NCBI GenBank assembly: GCA_002269645.1 | Contig: NIVC01001297.1 | Location: forward strand, 62,001-126,000 | Direction of reading: 5' to 3' | DNA: 64,000 bases | DNA from: Macrostomum lignano | Lineage: Eukaryota | Made by a program: the position numbers and the translations under genes | The notes under the pieces: generated by a model | Seen by the model: only the letters and a program-made list of their open reading frames with translations | Told to the model about the DNA's origin: nothing | Database searches by the model: none | In this document: piece after piece, positions 1 through 13,010 of the stretch | Layout: each line of letters opens with the position of its first letter | Position numbering within the stretch: position 1 is the stretch's first letter

Positions 1-168
1 TACAACTATAAAAATGCATTTTTGTAAATTGAAAATAAAGTTTTTTGTCAACTGAAAGTTCAGCTGAATTTGTATCTGCTAAGAATTCCAATTCAAGTGA
101 ATTTAAATAACAATAAATACAGTTTTTAAGCTTCAATTACTGAAGGAAATTCCTTCATATTATTATTA

Positions 169-1486
169 CGAGGGGTGATCAAAAAGTTCTGCAAGTGACC
201 TCACAACTCTGTGCTACAGCAGCCGAGGCGTCTAATCAGTGTCACATTCCCTTAAAGTACTTTCCACCACTATCTATGCACCATCGCAATGCGTATGCAC
301 CATGTCTGAAAGCAGTCATGGTACTCCGAAGTTGGTATACCCTGTAGAGCTGAATTTACCGCTTGGGCAAGGTCTTGCATGCGTGAAAACGGCCTCCCAG
401 AAATGACGGATTTGATCCTCGGGAACAGCCAAAAGTCGCACGGTGCTAGGTCTAGAGAGTAGGGTGGATGGGGCAGCAGCCGGACCCCCTGCTGCTCCAG
501 GTACGCCATGGTTGAGGCCGCTCTGTGCGGTGCCGCATTGTCATGGTGCAGCAGGAGTCGAGGTCCATGCCTAGTTCGCGCACGTTCCTGCCGCTCCTGC
601 AGCACGCCTGGCAGAACAGTGTCTGTGTAGTACCTGGCAGTCACTGTGGCACCCGCTGGAAGGATGTTCACCGCTACAACACCCTGAGAGTTGAAAAAAT
701 GGTGAACATCCGCTTCGGACTGCGGAATCCGGTCTTCAGCACCTCAGGCCTTGGCTCATCTTCTGCTAGCCAGACCATGTTGGACTGCTTATCCTTCATG
801 GTAAAGAAGGAGATCCAACATTCGTCTCCTGTGATGACATCCGACAGTTGTCGTGGGCCGTGGGGCTCAAACATTTGCAGCCACAAGCGACAGATGCGCA
901 CCCTCTCTGCTTGCTGCTCCGGAGTGAGAAGATGGGGTACCCACCGAGCGCAGGTCTTTGTGCGGCCCAGTTGCTCATGCATGATGTTATGGGCACTTCC
1001 ATAGCTGACACCAAGCTCATAGGCAATGAATCTCAGCATAATGCTCCAATCCTCACGAATTATTGCATCGGCATGGGCCACGACATCTTCGGTCACAGAT
1101 GTCCGGGGTCGGCCAGACCTCGGTTCGTCGTTGAAGCTGTCCCAGCCTTCCAAGAAATGGCGCAGCCAGCGGGCAACCGTGTCAAATGATGGAGCAGAGT
1201 CAGCTAAAACATTCACCAGATCGGTGTGAGTCTCAGTCACTTTGCAACCAAGTTGCATGCGCATAAAGATATAGAAGCGAACACTGTCTTTTGATGTTTC
1301 CATCAGCTACTGAAAACACATGGAAAATATATGGCTGTGAAATTTTACTGGAGCACATTTGGAAGCCAAAAATGCATATAAATATAGCAAACAGATATAG
1401 CCGCATATGTGTAAGTTTTTGGCTTTTGCCGATTCTATAACTAAAAGCTATAACAAAAGGTTGCAGAACTTTTTGATCACCCCTCG
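169..1486 (-). mobile_element. Tc1/mariner (DD34D-type) DNA transposon, full length (1318 bp)
   Basis: Perfect 26-bp TIRs: cgaggggtgatcaaaaagttctgcaa (169-194) and its reverse complement (1461-1486). TA flanks both ends (167-168, 1487-1488). Internal transposase homology. Confidence 0.97.
250..1303 (-). pseudogene. Mariner transposase with two frameshifts
   Basis: ORFs 674-1303 and 270-671 carry PRSGRP, WVPHLL, TGDE, HDNAAPH and PPYSLDLAPCDFWLF. Adding one A to the A6 run at 694-699 restores MFTIFFNSQGVVAVNIL. Removing one base near 290 restores a typical ending (..CIDSGGKYFKGM*). Confidence 0.92.
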
Positions 1487-2334
1487 TATTAATAATATCC
1501 ATAGTGCTAATAGGAAAGAACTAAATAAAATTTTAATGACAGCTCAGAACTGCACGGCAGATTGTGTGCTTTTATATTATATCGCAAGTATATTGTGCAC
1601 ACACTGCTGGGCTGATGCTGTGGGCTATGAAGAAGCATGCGCTGGTTAATTAAACTTTGCAAGGAATGAAATAACGATGAGGGAATCCTTTGCTTTGCTT
1701 CCTTACCTGTGTGTAGGGAATTGTAGGAAACTTGTCAGCAGATTGATGGGTGATGCAACCCGGACAGGCTCCCTGTATTCGCAGCCTTGTGTTATCAAAC
1801 TGACAACCGCCGGCCGGACAAAGGTCCCGTCCGAGCTCTCCATGCAGGAGGCCCAAGCGCGCGTGTCAAACGCTCTTCAAGTATTCAAACATTGGTCGAG
1901 CTCAATACTTGCCACCACCACTCAGGGTAAACACTATTATATATATATTAGATATAAAATTGGTAAGGTTCATAGAGCTAGTGCTTATATTAGTCTGAAC
2001 TTTTAATAAAAACGATTCCAAATAAGTGTCTGCCTATTGAGCTGAGCTAAGAGGGGTTCAATTTCTTGTATATAAGTCGCTTATAGAGTGACACGTGTCC
2101 AATGCCCTTGCTTGCGCTTGAAAGATCAAGTAGGATATATCAGCAGGTACTTGAAGTATTGTCTGCAGCTCCAGTTATCAATAGTTATTAATTATTACTA
2201 ATACGAAAAAAGTTTGAACCACTCGCGATAGCTCATTATTGTCTGTAGCAAATATGGTGGACTTAAGAGGCCTTAATAATTACTTCTCAATAATTAAAAA
2301 CTTTTAAAACATTTAAGGCAGGTCAGAGAAGATC

Positions 2335-2530
2335 AAGGGGTTCGATTCCTGACCCACTCGGGACAATCTGTGTCCTTGAGCAAGACACTTAACTCTGCAT
2401 ATTGCTTCAGTTCACCCAGCTGTATAATGGGTGCCAGCATTAGCTGGGCCGCTGGGGTAATTGAGGGGATGTGTGGTGACCCCCCAGTCCTTGGACTGAA
2501 CAGCCGTACGCAGCCTTCAGATGCGCCGCG
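2335..2530 (+). mobile_element. tRNA-derived SINE fragment (CORE/MIR-like central domain)
   Basis: Pol III B-box GGTTCGATTCC (2339-2349), followed by gtgtccttgagcaagacacttaac...cagctgtataatgggt, which resembles the CORE-SINE domain. No A-box seen. The 3' end is approximate. Confidence 0.6.
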
Positions 2531-3994
2531 CAATAGCTGCGGCGCAAACTTCACAGTTTCTGAAAGTGTAGGATTATGGTTACCGAAAAAATTCAGATTT
2601 ACGTCAGTTTTTCAAAGCCAATTTGAAACAATAATTTCTATTGCTAATCGAGCTTGAGATTTTGGCATTGAGTTGGCCGGAACACTGCTGCACCCATCCA
2701 TCTATAGTTAGTGCAGGGGTTGTAAAACTTTTTTACCTCAAAGTCCAGATAGAGAACCCAGCGCATGATTATGGGGCCATGGAAGAAGGAGAGATAGGAG
2801 AAAGGAGAGGCAAGGGAATAAAGGAGAAGAGAGAGAGATGAAATAGGATAGGAGAGAGGAGAGAAGGGAGAGGAGAGGAGAGAAGAGAAGAGAGCTGAGA
2901 AGAGACAAATCTTGATCAGGCCGGATTGCTATTGTGAAGTTTCAAGGGACCCTTGGACCCTTGACCGGAGTTTGCCAATCCGCGAGTTTAATGTCTATAA
3001 AATTCTCTGCCAAAAAAGCAATAAAAAACTTGCGCTAAATTGGCATTAAAATATTTTTATTCATGTTTAAAATGAGACCAAACTACAGGCAGTTATGAAA
3101 ACACTCACATAGGTAAAACTTCATTAATATACGTTTGTGTGCTGAAAATGACACTGTTAATAGTGTTTGAGTAACCAGAGATGGCGCGCTCTCTCAGACT
3201 CCAGTTCAATGTCTTCCTGCATCCTTGACTGAGTTCAGGCCAGCGGTCGCGCAGCTCCCATTGGTCCGTAGCGGGCCGGTGGGGATGGCCGCGCGCGGTC
3301 ACCCCCTGGTTCCCTCGCAGCGACAAGCCAGGGAAGCCCATTAGCTATGATTTGGGGGCGACAGGGAAAAGAGGGGATTGGGAGAACTGAGAGGGGAATC
3401 GAAAGCGGATGAGGCGGCCTGCTCCATCCACCCCAGCCGCCGCTGAGCCCCACCCCACAAATATTGACTGAGGTCCCAATTTAAAGTGTTGGAAGTTTGA
3501 ATTATTCAGCCCAGCTAAATTATTCACTTGGCCCCGGCCTCAGCAGCGGTCCGACCCACCCATCCACCCGGACACCGGCAGTAACCCTGCTAGCCTGCAG
3601 TCTGCGAACATTTGCACCCGCGGACCCTTAGTAGCAACAAGCTCTCAGCGCTAATCCTTCAGCATTCCCCAAGGCCGCGACCTACCCAGTTTGACCGGCA
3701 GGTTTGAAAGCTGAACAAAGCATCACGGCGCTAACGGGCCCGCATTCTTGGCGGTTCAACCAACCACCAGCCAACACGTACGGTCAGAGGCCCGACAGCA
3801 GCCGCAGCCGCAGCAGCAGCAGCAGCAGCGGAAGCAGCGGCGCAGGCGCCGGCGGCGGCGGGAGAGGCTGCGGCGGCGGCGGCGGCATAAACGTTTGGCC
3901 AGCAGCTGTGGACGACTGGGGACCGTCAGCTGCGGCGGCGGCGGCGGCAGCGGCGGCGGCCGCGGCAGCTGCGGGAGCCAACCAGCACGACATA

Positions 3995-5441
3995 ATGGAC
4001 GGTTTGTACCCGGGCGCGGGCGGCCCGCACTACAGGAGCTCCTGGGAGGCGATGCGACGCTGCGGTCCCTCCGTGAGTGCCCGACTAAACTATACTGTTT
4101 TAAAAATCTGACCCTGAATAAACTTCTGCCTCGCGAACTCGCTCTCGCCCTCCCTCCAAGCATGCGTGCGCCGCTTTGTTTGCTCAAGGCCACTCCTCTC
4201 CACACAAGTTTCAACCGTAAGCTCACTCGACACTTCCCTTCCCTTTCCCTTAACAACAGGCCGCAGCCTTCGGCCTGGAGGACAACATCCTGGTTCGAGC
4301 CGCCAACCTCGTCGACACGCACGCTGGCGGAGTCGGCAGCGGCGACGTCAAGCCCGGCGGCATGTCGGTGCCGCCGTTTCTGCGGCATCCGCAGGACGGC
4401 TTGCAGTACGCGGCGGCGGCGGCAGCCGCGACTCCTCCTGGCTTTGACAGTCAGGGCAGGCCGGCCGCCCCGCATCCGCAGATGCAGCCGCAGGCTCAGC
4501 ATCAGCATCAGCAACAACAACAACATGAGCACACCCAGCAGCTGTTGCAGCATCCTTCCCAGCATCATCATCAGCTTCATCAGCAGCAGCAGCAACAGCA
4601 GCAGCAACATCTGCAGCATCAGCAGCAGCAACAGCAGCAGCAACACGCCCTGTACATGCACGACATGCACCACGGCGCTGCGGGGTTCGAGTCCCACCTG
4701 CACGCCATGGGCGCCGTGGCCGGCTACGCCTACCCGACCTCCGCCTACGCCGCCTCCGTCAATTCCTCCTCCCCCTCGTCCTCGCAGGCGGCGGCAATGG
4801 CAGCAGCGGCCGCGGTCACCTCCAGCGCTGCCGCAGCTGCAGCCGCCGCCGCCGCAGGCCAGATGGTCGGGGACGCCTGCGCCGTCGGTCCCTACGGCAT
4901 GCCGCAGCTGTCGCAGGCGCCGCAGCCGCCAGTCGGCGAGCTGGACTACGATCCGCGCGAGCTAGAAGCCTTCGCCGAGCGGTTCAAGCAGCGCCGGATC
5001 AAGCTGGGCGTCACCCAGGCAGACGTTGGCAAGGCGCTGGGCAACCTGAAGCTGCCTGGAGTCGGTTCCCTGTCGCAGTCGACCATCTGCCGGTTTGAGT
5101 CGCTGACGCTCAGCCACAACAACATGATCGCGCTCAAGCCGGTGCTCCAGGCCTGGCTGGAGGAGGCCGAGCACGTCGCCATGGAGCGGCTGAAGAACCC
5201 GGACTTCTACGGCGACGGGCTGGACAAGAAGCGCAAGCGAACGTCCATAACGGACGCGGAGAAGCGCTCGCTGGAGGCCTACTTCCACGTGCAGCCCCGG
5301 CCGTCCTCGGAGAAGATCTCCCAGATTGCCGAGAAGCTCAACCTGAAGAAGAATGTCGTCCGAGTCTGGTTCTGCAACCAGCGCCAGAAGCAGAAGCGAA
5401 TGAAATTTGCTTCCCCGGGCATGCACCCGAGCCCGATCTGA
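3995..5441 (+). CDS. POU4: Class IV POU homeodomain transcription factor (Brn3/unc-86/acj6 family), copy A, two coding exons
   Basis: Exon 1 is 3995-4072 (MDGLYP...YRSSWEAMRRCGPS), followed by a GT-AG phase-0 intron 4073-4259 and exon 2 at 4260-5441. The split POU-IV box reads SSWEAMRR | AFGLEDNILVRAANLVD. POU-specific domain ELEAFAERFKQRRIKLGVTQADVG...SQSTICRFESLTLSHNNMIALKP; homeodomain KKRKRTSI...VRVWFCNQRQKQKR. The true N-terminus may lie further upstream. Confidence 0.95.
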
Positions 5442-5656
5442 CTCTCCCTGTCGGTGACTGCTGGATTATTTTCTTACACCTGAACCTGGGACGGTGGGCA
5501 GCTAAGCCTACAGATGCTCATGCTGAGCACGAGGAACCCCACGCTATTCTTGTCGTTCGAATTTGTGGCACACACGAGGTCTGCCCGATGGTTCCTGTTG
5601 AATCCTTTGTCTGAATCTTTATGCGACTGTCTCACTGTTTTTTGCTATCTAGTTCT

Positions 5657-6290
5657 GTCTCTCTCTAGGTCTATCTCTCTGGGTATATCTCTCTAGGTCT
5701 ATTCCTCTATAGGTCTATCTCTCTGGATCTGTCTCTGTCTAGGTCTATCTCTCTGGGTCCATCTCTCTGGGTCTATATCTCTCTAGGTCTATCTCTCTGG
5801 GTCTGTCTCTGTCTAGGTCTATCTCTCTGGGTCTATCTCTCTGGATCTGTCTCTGTCTAGGTTTATCTCTCTGGGTCCATCTCTCTAGGTCTATCTCTCT
5901 GGGTCTATATCTCTCTAGGTCTATCTCTCTGGGTCTATCTCTCTGGATCTGTCTCTGTCTAGGTCTATCTCTCTGGGTCTATATCTCTCTAGGTCTATCT
6001 CTCTGGATCTGTCTCTGTCTAGGTCTATCTCTCTGGGTCCATCTCTCTAGGTCTATCTCTCTGGGTCTATATCTCTCTAGGTCTATCTCTCTGGGTCTAT
6101 CTCTCTGGATCTGTCTCTGTCTAGGTCTATCTCTCTAGGTCTATCTCTCTAGGTCTATCTCTCTAGGTCTATCTCTCTAGGTCTATCTCTCTAGGTCTGT
6201 CTCTCTGGGTATATCTCTAGGTAGATCTCTCTATGTCTATCTCTCTACTTCTATCTCTCTAGGTCAATCTCTCTGGGTCTCTATATCCCT
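5657..6290. repeat. Minisatellite, ~14-bp unit ctatctctctaggt and variants
   Basis: Tandem repeat read directly; boundaries approximate. Confidence 0.9.
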
Positions 6291-6839
6291 CCCTATCTGT
6301 GTGTCAGCTGTTCGTTGCATTTGTGTGCTCAGACTCCGCACAAGCCCCTTTGCACCTGCAGTCCAATGCATGGACTCGCACAGCACTTGCACCCTATATT
6401 GATTCCTCATTCGAACAAATTTTCTGTTACCTATTATTAGCAGTCCCTATACCACTCGGCTGGACTTTCATCTATCTAGTCTTTGTTTGACTCTCTGTTT
6501 GACTCTTGCTCTTTTTGACGGGTATGGTTTCATTTTTTAAATTTAATCCTAAAACATTTGTCTATTGCTTGCTTGCTGGGTTCTCCGCTTTAAAATTTTG
6601 CTTTTTTGATCTGAATTGCAAGTTGTTATTAATATATATATATAATTAAAAATTAATCTTAAATTAATTATTCGTATGCATTAGTAAAAAAGTGAAAACA
6701 AATGAAATTCATCAAGTTTGAGTAGCTGACTCAGATTAGACAGTACTTAGCATTAAAAACTATATTTAATATCACTTTAAATAGGTTTTGAAAATGCCCA
6801 CAAAATCATAAAGCTTTGCACAGACTCACTAAATGTCAA

Positions 6840-8160
6840 ACAGACCCATAAAGCTTCACGCAGTTCTACGAAGCTTCACACAGACACTCAAAGCTTCACG
6901 AAGTTCTGCAAAGCTTCACACAGGCACTCAAAGCTTCACACAGACACTCAAAGCTTCACACAGATACTCAGAGCGTCACACAGACCCGTAAAGCATCACA
7001 CAGACCCATAATGCGTCACAAAGATCCATAAAGCGTCACACAGACCCATAAAGCATCACACAGAAACCCATAGAGCATCACACAGACCCATAAAGCATCA
7101 CACAGACCCATAAAGCATCACACAGAAACCCATAAAGCATCATACAGACCCATAAAGCATCACACAGACCCATAAAACATCACACAGACCCATAAAGCAT
7201 CACACAGACCCATAAAGCATCACACAGACCCACAAAGCATCACACAAACCCATAAAGCATCACACAGACCCATAAAGCATCACACAGACCCATAAAGCAT
7301 CACACAGAAACCCATAAAGCATCACACAGAAACCCATAGAGCATCACATAGACCCATAAAGCATCACACAGACCCATAAAGCATCACACAGACCCACAAA
7401 GCATCACACAGACCCATAAAGCATCACACAGACCCACAAAGCATCACACAGACCCATAAAGCATCACACAGACCCATAAAGCATCATACAGACCCATAAA
7501 GCATCACACAGACCCATAAAGCATCATACAGACCCATAAAGCATCACACAGACCCATAAAGCATCATACAGACCCATAAAGCATCACACAGACCCATAAA
7601 GCATCACACAGACCCATAAAGCATCACACAGACCCATAAAGCATCACACAGACCCATAAAGCATCACACAGACCCATAAAACATCACACAGACCCATAAA
7701 GCATCACACAGACCCATAAAGCATCACACAGACCCACAAAGCATCACACAAACCCATAAAGCATCACACAGACCCAGAAAGCATCACACAGACCCATAAA
7801 GCATCATACAGACCCATAAAGCATCACACAGACCCATAAAGCATCATACAGACCCATAAAGCATCACACAGACCCATAAAGCATCATACAGACCCATAAA
7901 GCATCACACAGACCCATAAAGCATCACACAGACCCATAAAGCATCACACAGACCCATAAAACATCACACAGACCCATAAAGCATCACACAGACCCATAAA
8001 GCATCACACAGACCCACAAAGCATCACACAAACCCATAAAGCATCACACAGACCCAGAAAGCATCACACAGACCCATAAAGCATCACACAGAAACCCATA
8101 GAGCATCACATAGACCCATAAAGCATCACACAGACCCATAAAGCATCACACAGAAACCAA
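6840..8160. repeat. Minisatellite, 20-bp unit cacacagacccataaagcat
   Basis: Tandem repeat with a homogeneous core and degenerate edges. Confidence 0.95.
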
Positions 8161-9025
8161 ACACCCAAAGCTTGTCTATCGCATGTCTCTCATGAGAAAA
8201 AGCCAATCCAATTAAATGCCCATAGGCTTGCATCCAAGTCAATTTATAAAGTTAGTGAAAAAAACAAATTTCACAGAGAACTGACACGTGGCAGTTTTGA
8301 GAAGCTGACTGCCGAAGCACTGCCAAGTTGAATCATGCATCTTCAGCTTCTCAGATCGCAACGGTTGACTTTGTTTGCTCAAGAAGCTTCTGCAGGCAAA
8401 CTAAAGAATAACAGAGCCTGCAGCAGCTTCCAGTCCACCGCAATCTCTTAGCCAATGCACCTTTTGCCAAGCTAATATATTGATTGATCTTGGAAGGCTT
8501 TTTTGAGAGTTGGTCAGCCTCCGTCGCCTCCGCCATCATCTCAGTTTGCAGGAGGGAAAGAAAGAGAGAAACTACATCTAGTTCAGGGACTCCTTAATAA
8601 GAGGTCCATGCCTCAACAGAATTTTTTTTTAAATAAAGTTCGTTGGTAGGGCATTTCCTACGGAGAAACTGTGTGTGTGTGTGTGTGTGTGTGTTTCTCC
8701 CCCTAAAGTCTTTGCTAAATGGAAAGCATTATAGTAAGGTGTAGTAAGTCAGTAGTAAGTAAGTAAGTAGTTGGTAGCTGGCAGCAGAGCTGATTGAATG
8801 CCTGTGAGCAGGAAATACACACGGAGGTACACACAAGAGAGCTACATCCATGCTTCCCTCCCGCCGTTTGCGGCATGTCCTCAGGTACATAGTGGAGGGG
8901 CATTGTTTAATCTAGCGGGGGGGGCTTAGCGGGCGATGGGGGATGGGGGGGGGAAGGGCCTGCAGAGTCGCCAGCCAGCATAAATATTTCACACAGCTGC
9001 GCAATTCTCACAGGCCAAGTGTGCC

Positions 9026-9064
<39 letters not shown>

Positions 9065-9524
9065 AAAAACCCACCGTTTTTTTACACTAATACTACGGCT
9101 ATATAATAACTCTAGAATTATTTCAGCAAGAGAGCTCATTAAATGGTGCCGCCATGCTCAGCTTTAGATTAGATGGGGGGGGGAAGGGGTGAGGGGGAGA
9201 GAGAGGAGAGACTCAAACAGGCGATGGCGGTGGGAGGCTGGGGCAACATCTAGAAATTCTTAGTCTTAGTAACTATAATGCAGACTATTTAAATAATCAT
9301 TTTTGTCTGCAAATAAACCGATTAAACTTTGAATAACAATACTTGAAATATGGGAATTATAGTAACAGGGCTGGGTTTTCAGCTGCGCATTATAATTTTT
9401 TGACATGCATCTTCATCTTTTTGTGAGGTTAAACAATCCATAAATTTTCTATTTTTAATCCCGGAGTAAATGAGTTCGTTGAGAGTGGAAGCGGGAGAGA
9501 CCGACTCCTAGGGAGAAGAAGGAG

Positions 9525-10198
9525 AGGATGAGAAGAGGGGGAGGATGAGAAGAGGGGGAGGATGAGAAGAGGGGGAGGATGAGAAGAGGGGAGGATGAGA
9601 AGAGGGGGAGGATGAGAAGAGGGGAGGATGAGAAGAGGGGGAGGATGAGAAGAGGGGAGGATGAGAAGAGGGGGAGGATGAGAAGAGGGGGAGGATGAGA
9701 AGAGGGGAGGATGAGAAGAGGGGAGGATGAGAAGAGGGGGAGGATGAGAAGAGGGGGAGGATGAGAAGAGGGGGAGGATGAGAAGAGGGGGAGGATGAGA
9801 AGAGGGGAGGATGAGAAGAGGGGAGGATGAGAAGAGGGGAGGATGAGAAGAGGGGGAGGATGAGAAGAGGGGGAGGGTGAGAAGAGGCGGAGGATGAGAA
9901 GAGGGGGAGGATGAGAAGAGGGGGAGGATGAGAAGAGCGGGAGGATGAGAAGAGGGGGAGGATGAGAAGAGCGGGAGGATGAGAAGAGGGGGAGGATGAG
10001 AAGAGGGGAGGATGAGAAGAGGGGGAGGATGAGAAGAGGGGAGGATGAGAAAAGGGGGGAGGATGAGAAGAGGGGGAGGATGAGTAGAGGGGAGGATGAG
10101 AACAGGGGCGGATGAGAAGAGGGGAGGATGAGAAAAGGGGGGAGGATGAGAAGAGGGGGAGGATGAGTAGAGGGGAGGATGAGAACAGGGGCGGATGA
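9525..10198. repeat. Purine-rich minisatellite, ~17-19-bp unit ggatgagaagag(g)n
   Basis: Tandem repeat; source of spurious ORFs 9455-10213 and 9508-10269. Confidence 0.95.
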
Positions 10199-10994
10199 GG
10201 TGAGAGTGGCCACCTCAAAGGCCTTCCAATCCTCAATCTGGGCTCACAGCTCCAGTTTCTCAGCCGCATCGCGTATAAATGCTCACAGTTCTATCATTCT
10301 TGTGCCCTGTAGACCTTAACTCTTTGCCTGTAATGAAATGTCAACAGTTGAACAATACGGTGAGATCGCAGGCTGTACAGAGAAAAGACAATGATAACAA
10401 GAAAAGAAGCTACATTGATAGATTTATTGCCATAACCATAATTTCTTGTTCCACAAGCCTGCTTCTTTGACGACTTGAACGAATGAGCTTGATGGGAGAA
10501 ACTCCCCCCCCCCAATTGATTGATGACTTGTGACTTTTTGCAAAGCTCTGGCTTGTTTTTTTATCCCCTCCTCCGCACCTGAATGCCCCCCAACCAAAAA
10601 ATCCTCAACCAGCAGCCTCTCAGCCTCATCATTATCAGAGACAGAAATATGGAAGTCGCTAAAGTCATGAGCTGGTGGTGTGTAGCTGTTGGGATAATTT
10701 CCCCTAACAAGAGCCCGCGCCTACCCGCCTCGGCCATCATCAAAAAGTCAAGCTATTTGTTTCGCTATTCTCATGCCATAAAATAATATATCAATTTATG
10801 CGAAGGATTGTTCCCCAACTTCCCAGCATGATCCATGGGGCAAACAAGTGGCGGTGCCGGTATGATGCGGGCTTGGCCTTGTAGAGTCCTGCTGAGAACA
10901 CTGAAAACTCACGCGCAGACTCTGAAATGAGAGACAGGCTTCACGAAACTTCACAAACAGGTGGCAGATACATTATGCAGAGTCTTAAACTTTC

Positions 10995-13010
10995 ACAAAG
11001 ACCCCAGAAACTTCGCACAGACCCCAGAAGATTCACGCAGACCCCAGAAGATTCACACAGACCCCAGAAACTTTCACACAGACCCCAGAAACTTTACACA
11101 GACCCCAGAAGGTCCATAAAAAATCCAGAAACTTCATACAGACTCCAGAAACTTTATACAGACTCCAGAAACTTCACACAGACTCCAGAAACTTTACACA
11201 GACCCCAGAAGGTCCATAAAAAATCCAGAAACTTCATACAGACTCCAGAAACTTTATACAGACTCCAGAAACTTCACACAGACTCCAGAAACTTTATACA
11301 GACTCCAGAAACTTCACACAGACTCCAGAAACTTTACACAGACCCCAGAAGGTCCATAAAAAATCCAGAAACTTCACACAGACTCCAGAAACTTTATACA
11401 GACTCCAGAAACTTCACACAGACTCCAGAAACTTTCACACAGACTCCAGAAACTTTATACAGACTCCAGAAACTTTATACAGACTCCAGAAACTTCATAC
11501 AGACTCCAGAAACTTTATACAGACTCCAGAAACTTCACACAGACTCCAGAAACTTTATACAGACTCCAGAAACTTCACACAGACTCCAGAAACTTTATAC
11601 AGACTCCAGAACTTCACACAGACTCCAGAAACTTTCACACAGACCCCAGAAGGTCCATAAAAAATCCAGAAACTTCATGCAAACTCCAGAAACTTTATAC
11701 AGACTCCAGAAACTTTATGCAGACTCCAGAAACTTTATACAGACTCCAGAAACTTTATGCAGACTCCAGAAACTTTATACAGACTCCAGAAACTTCACAC
11801 AGACCCCAGAAGGTCCATAGAAAATCCAGAAACTTCATACAGACTCCAGAAACTTCATGCAGACTCCAGAAACTTTATACAGACTCCAGAAACTTTATAC
11901 AGACTCCAGAAACTTTATACAGACTCCAGAAACTTTAAACAGACTTCAGAAACTTCACACAGACCCCAGAAACTTTCACACAGACCCCAGAAGATTCACG
12001 CAGACCCCAGAAACTTTCACACAGACCCCAGAAACTTTCACACAGACCCCAGAAGGTCCATAAAAAATCAAGAAACTTCATACAGACTCCAGAAACTTCA
12101 TGCAGACTCCATACAATTTATACAGACTCCAGAAACTTTATACGGACTCCAGAAACTTTATACGGACTCCAGAAACTTTAAATAGACTTCAGAAACTTTA
12201 AATAGACTTCAGAAACTTCACACAGACCCCAGAAGATTCACGCAGACTCCAGAAATTTCATACAGACTCCAGAAACTTCATACAGACTCCAGAAACTTTA
12301 CACAGACCCCAGAAGATTCACGCAGACTCCAGAAACTTCATACAGACTCCAGAAACTTTACACAGACCCCAGAAACTTCACACAGACTCCAGAAACTTTC
12401 ATACAGACCCCAGAAACTTTATACAGACTCCAGAAACTTCATACAGACTCCAGAAACTTCATATAGACTACATAAACTTCACACAGACTCCAGAAACTTC
12501 ACACAGACTCCAGAAACTTCACACAGACTCCAGAAACTTCATACAGATCACAGAAGATTCACGCAGACTCCAGAAACTTCACACAGACCCCAGAAGATTC
12601 ACGCAGACTCCATAAACTTCACGCAGACCCCAGAAACTTCACACAGACCCCAGAAGATTCACGCAGACCCCAGAAGATTCACACAGACCCAGAAACTTTC
12701 ACACCGACTCCATAAACTTCACACAGACCCCAGAAACTTCACACAGACCCCAGAAACTTCACACAGACCCCAGAAGGTCCATACAAACTCCAGAAACTTC
12801 ATACAGACTTCAGAAACTTCATACAGACTCCATAAACTTCATACAGAGTACAGACTCTAGAAACTTCACACAGACTCCAGAAACTTTATACAGACTTCAG
12901 AAACTTCACACAGACCACAGAAGATTCACGCAGACTCCAGAAATTTCATACAGACTCCAGAAACTTCACACAGCCCTAGAAAATTCCCACAGACTCCAGA
13001 AGCAGACTCA
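10995..13010. repeat. Minisatellite, 20/21-bp unit cagactccagaaacttcaca
   Basis: Tandem repeat with recurring variant units (aaggtccataaaaaatcc). Confidence 0.95.

Noticed and set aside
1677-2006. Possible isolated coding exon (~1718-1926 +, ...SELSMQEAQARVSNALQVFKHW...)
   Set aside because: Plausible splice sites are present, but there is no recognisable homology or partner exon. Needs BLASTX or RNA-seq.
3748-5426. Alternative-frame and antisense ORFs over POU4 copy A (likewise 17859-18964 over copy B)
   Set aside because: These are shadows of GC-rich CAG/GCG coding sequence with no independent features.
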